DNA of 63,806 nt, filler included, from Blastocystis sp. subtype 4 (Eukaryota): the NCBI RefSeq assembly GCF_000743755.1. It is 3 parts of 3 records of this genome, joined end to end, with 100 filler letters (N's around TTAATTAATTAA, not from the genome) between each part and the next. Parts side by side here need not be neighbours in the genome. Positions count along the whole stretch, not along the records: positions 51,303 to 63,806 come from NW_014569254.1; 2 more parts are not named here. One strand, written 5' to 3'. Each line of letters opens with the position of its first letter. Position 1 is the first letter of the stretch. Shown here piece after piece: positions 62,341-63,806 of this stretch. The notes beneath the pieces are model-generated. The model worked only from the letters and a program-made list of their open reading frames with translations, was not told the origin of the DNA and did not search any database. The position numbers and the translations under genes are program-made.

Positions 62341-63806
62341 TCAGTAAACAAAGAGAAAGAGCATTAGTACAAAGAATCCAGAATATTGCTTAACTTCTCT
62401 AAAATATACTATAATCTCGTCGAATGAAATGATAAAGAGAGTCGGCATCTCAATCAGTATCAATCTAGCAAGCATACTCGAATAATTAATGTCTTTAATT
62501 TTCTCGAATGATTTATTCATCTGAATTCCATGTTCAGTGAGTGATGGAATGTCTAATTCAAACTCCATTATCAATCATCACTTTTTAATGTCACTTTTCC
62601 TATATATTCGAAATTTTCGTCATCTCCTTGAAGTCGAGATAGAGAAGGAAGATCTGATTATGAGTCAATCATTCATTCATACTCTTCATTATCAGTACAT
62701 TTGATTCAGTAGTATTAATATCACCTCTAAGTGCTGCCCATTCAAGAGTGATGGACTGAAGTTGAGTCAGATCTCATTCATCATTCATTCAATCATTCAT
62801 ACTCTCAAATACTATCGAATGACAATCACAGAAAGAGACACATCCGATTTCAAGAGTTTTAAGAGAAGGGAGATTGGACAAATAAAATAACTCTTCTTCC
62901 CTTCCCACTCCTCCCTGAATCACAATCGATTCAACAGAATTAGAAATCTCATTCACTCGACCTGCCTCTGATATCCAGAATACTGATGGATGAAGAGACA
63001 ATAAGTGTTCAGAAGGAGCTACACCACTATTCTTAGTAACACAGTATTCAAGAGAGTCAGCATCTCAATCATTAGCAATCAATCAATCATACTTGAACAG
63101 ACAAATGTATTCACTAAAGAGAATGCTCCACGTATCTGAATTCCTTCTTGTGCGAGTGATGGAATGTCTAATTCAAATTCAGTCATCAATCATCACTCTC
63201 CAATATCACTCTGCCTATCCAAAAGTAATTGAATTCATATCCTTGGAATGTAGATAGAGAAGGAAGGTCTGATCAATTAGTTATCACTGTCAATCATACT
63301 CTTCATTGTCAATTCATTTGATTCAGCAGTAAAATCATCTCCTCCAAAAGTCCATAGTCCAACATCGATAGACTGAAGTCGATTCAAATCTCATTCATCA
63401 TTCATTCAACCATTCATACTCTCAAATACTACTGAATGACACTTCCAGAATGCATAACTATCCAGTTGAATGGATATCAGAGAACGAAGATTCTTACATT
63501 CAAATGATTCATAGTAATAGAATGAACTGTATCCAATGTTGATTTGTCTCAGTTGATCACAATTCATTATCAAACATTTGCTTCCTTTTCCAGCATCCCA
63601 ATCAAGATAGAAGCTATTCTGTTTAATGTCTACAGTCTCCAATTCATTCAATCCATCAATCACAAATTGACTCACTTTCTCAAAGCAGTGATCTCCAATG
63701 TCAATTTGTTTCAATGATATCAATGAATAGTTCAATATCAATGATGATATATCAGGATTGAAATGATCATCAATAATCAGAGATTCAACACAACTAGTAA
63801 CAATCA
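62341..63806 (-). CDS. BspA-like leucine-rich repeat gene, partial, with duplicated exon/intron modules
   Basis: LKQIDIGDHCF, LRQINIGYSSF and LPSLKTLEIGCVSF...SIVFES, with repeated TGAA-rich introns. Confidence 0.65.

Overview
This is a gene-dense, AT-rich eukaryotic nuclear scaffold with about 30 protein genes, one tRNA and two N-gaps containing an artificial TTAATTAATTAA linker. It is very probably Blastocystis (a stramenopile gut protist). That call is inferred from ~30-nt GT-AG introns, tiny intergenic spacers, a TGTTTGTT element just after most gene ends, a reversed OMPDC-OPRT fusion and BspA-like LRR genes. Recognisable genes include HVA22/REEP, PCIF1, CPSF2, ATR, a DH-PH-FYVE-WW RhoGEF, an FG nucleoporin, a RING-H2 ligase, uS15m, U2AF2, PPIL4, a STE20 kinase, Rab GDI, cystinosin, ISWI, INCENP, ATG5, RPL7, NOP14, V-ATPase D and GnT-I. 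The most notable signals are: (1) six genes whose UAA stop appears to be completed by polyadenylation 4 nt upstream of TGTTTGTT or a one-mismatch variant; (2) four 39-42-nt U12-type introns (two AT-AC, two AT-AG), one in a bacterial-like glycosyltransferase; (3) a probable GA-AG intron in ATG5; (4) a 173-nt hairpin-rich RPL7 intron; (5) unusual architectures: Hsp70-NBD-LRR, WW-less PCIF1 with a 12-aa repeat tail, TULIP-PDZ-acidic/basic repeats and SAP-INCENP. Exon structures were read by eye, so gene boundaries are best estimates.
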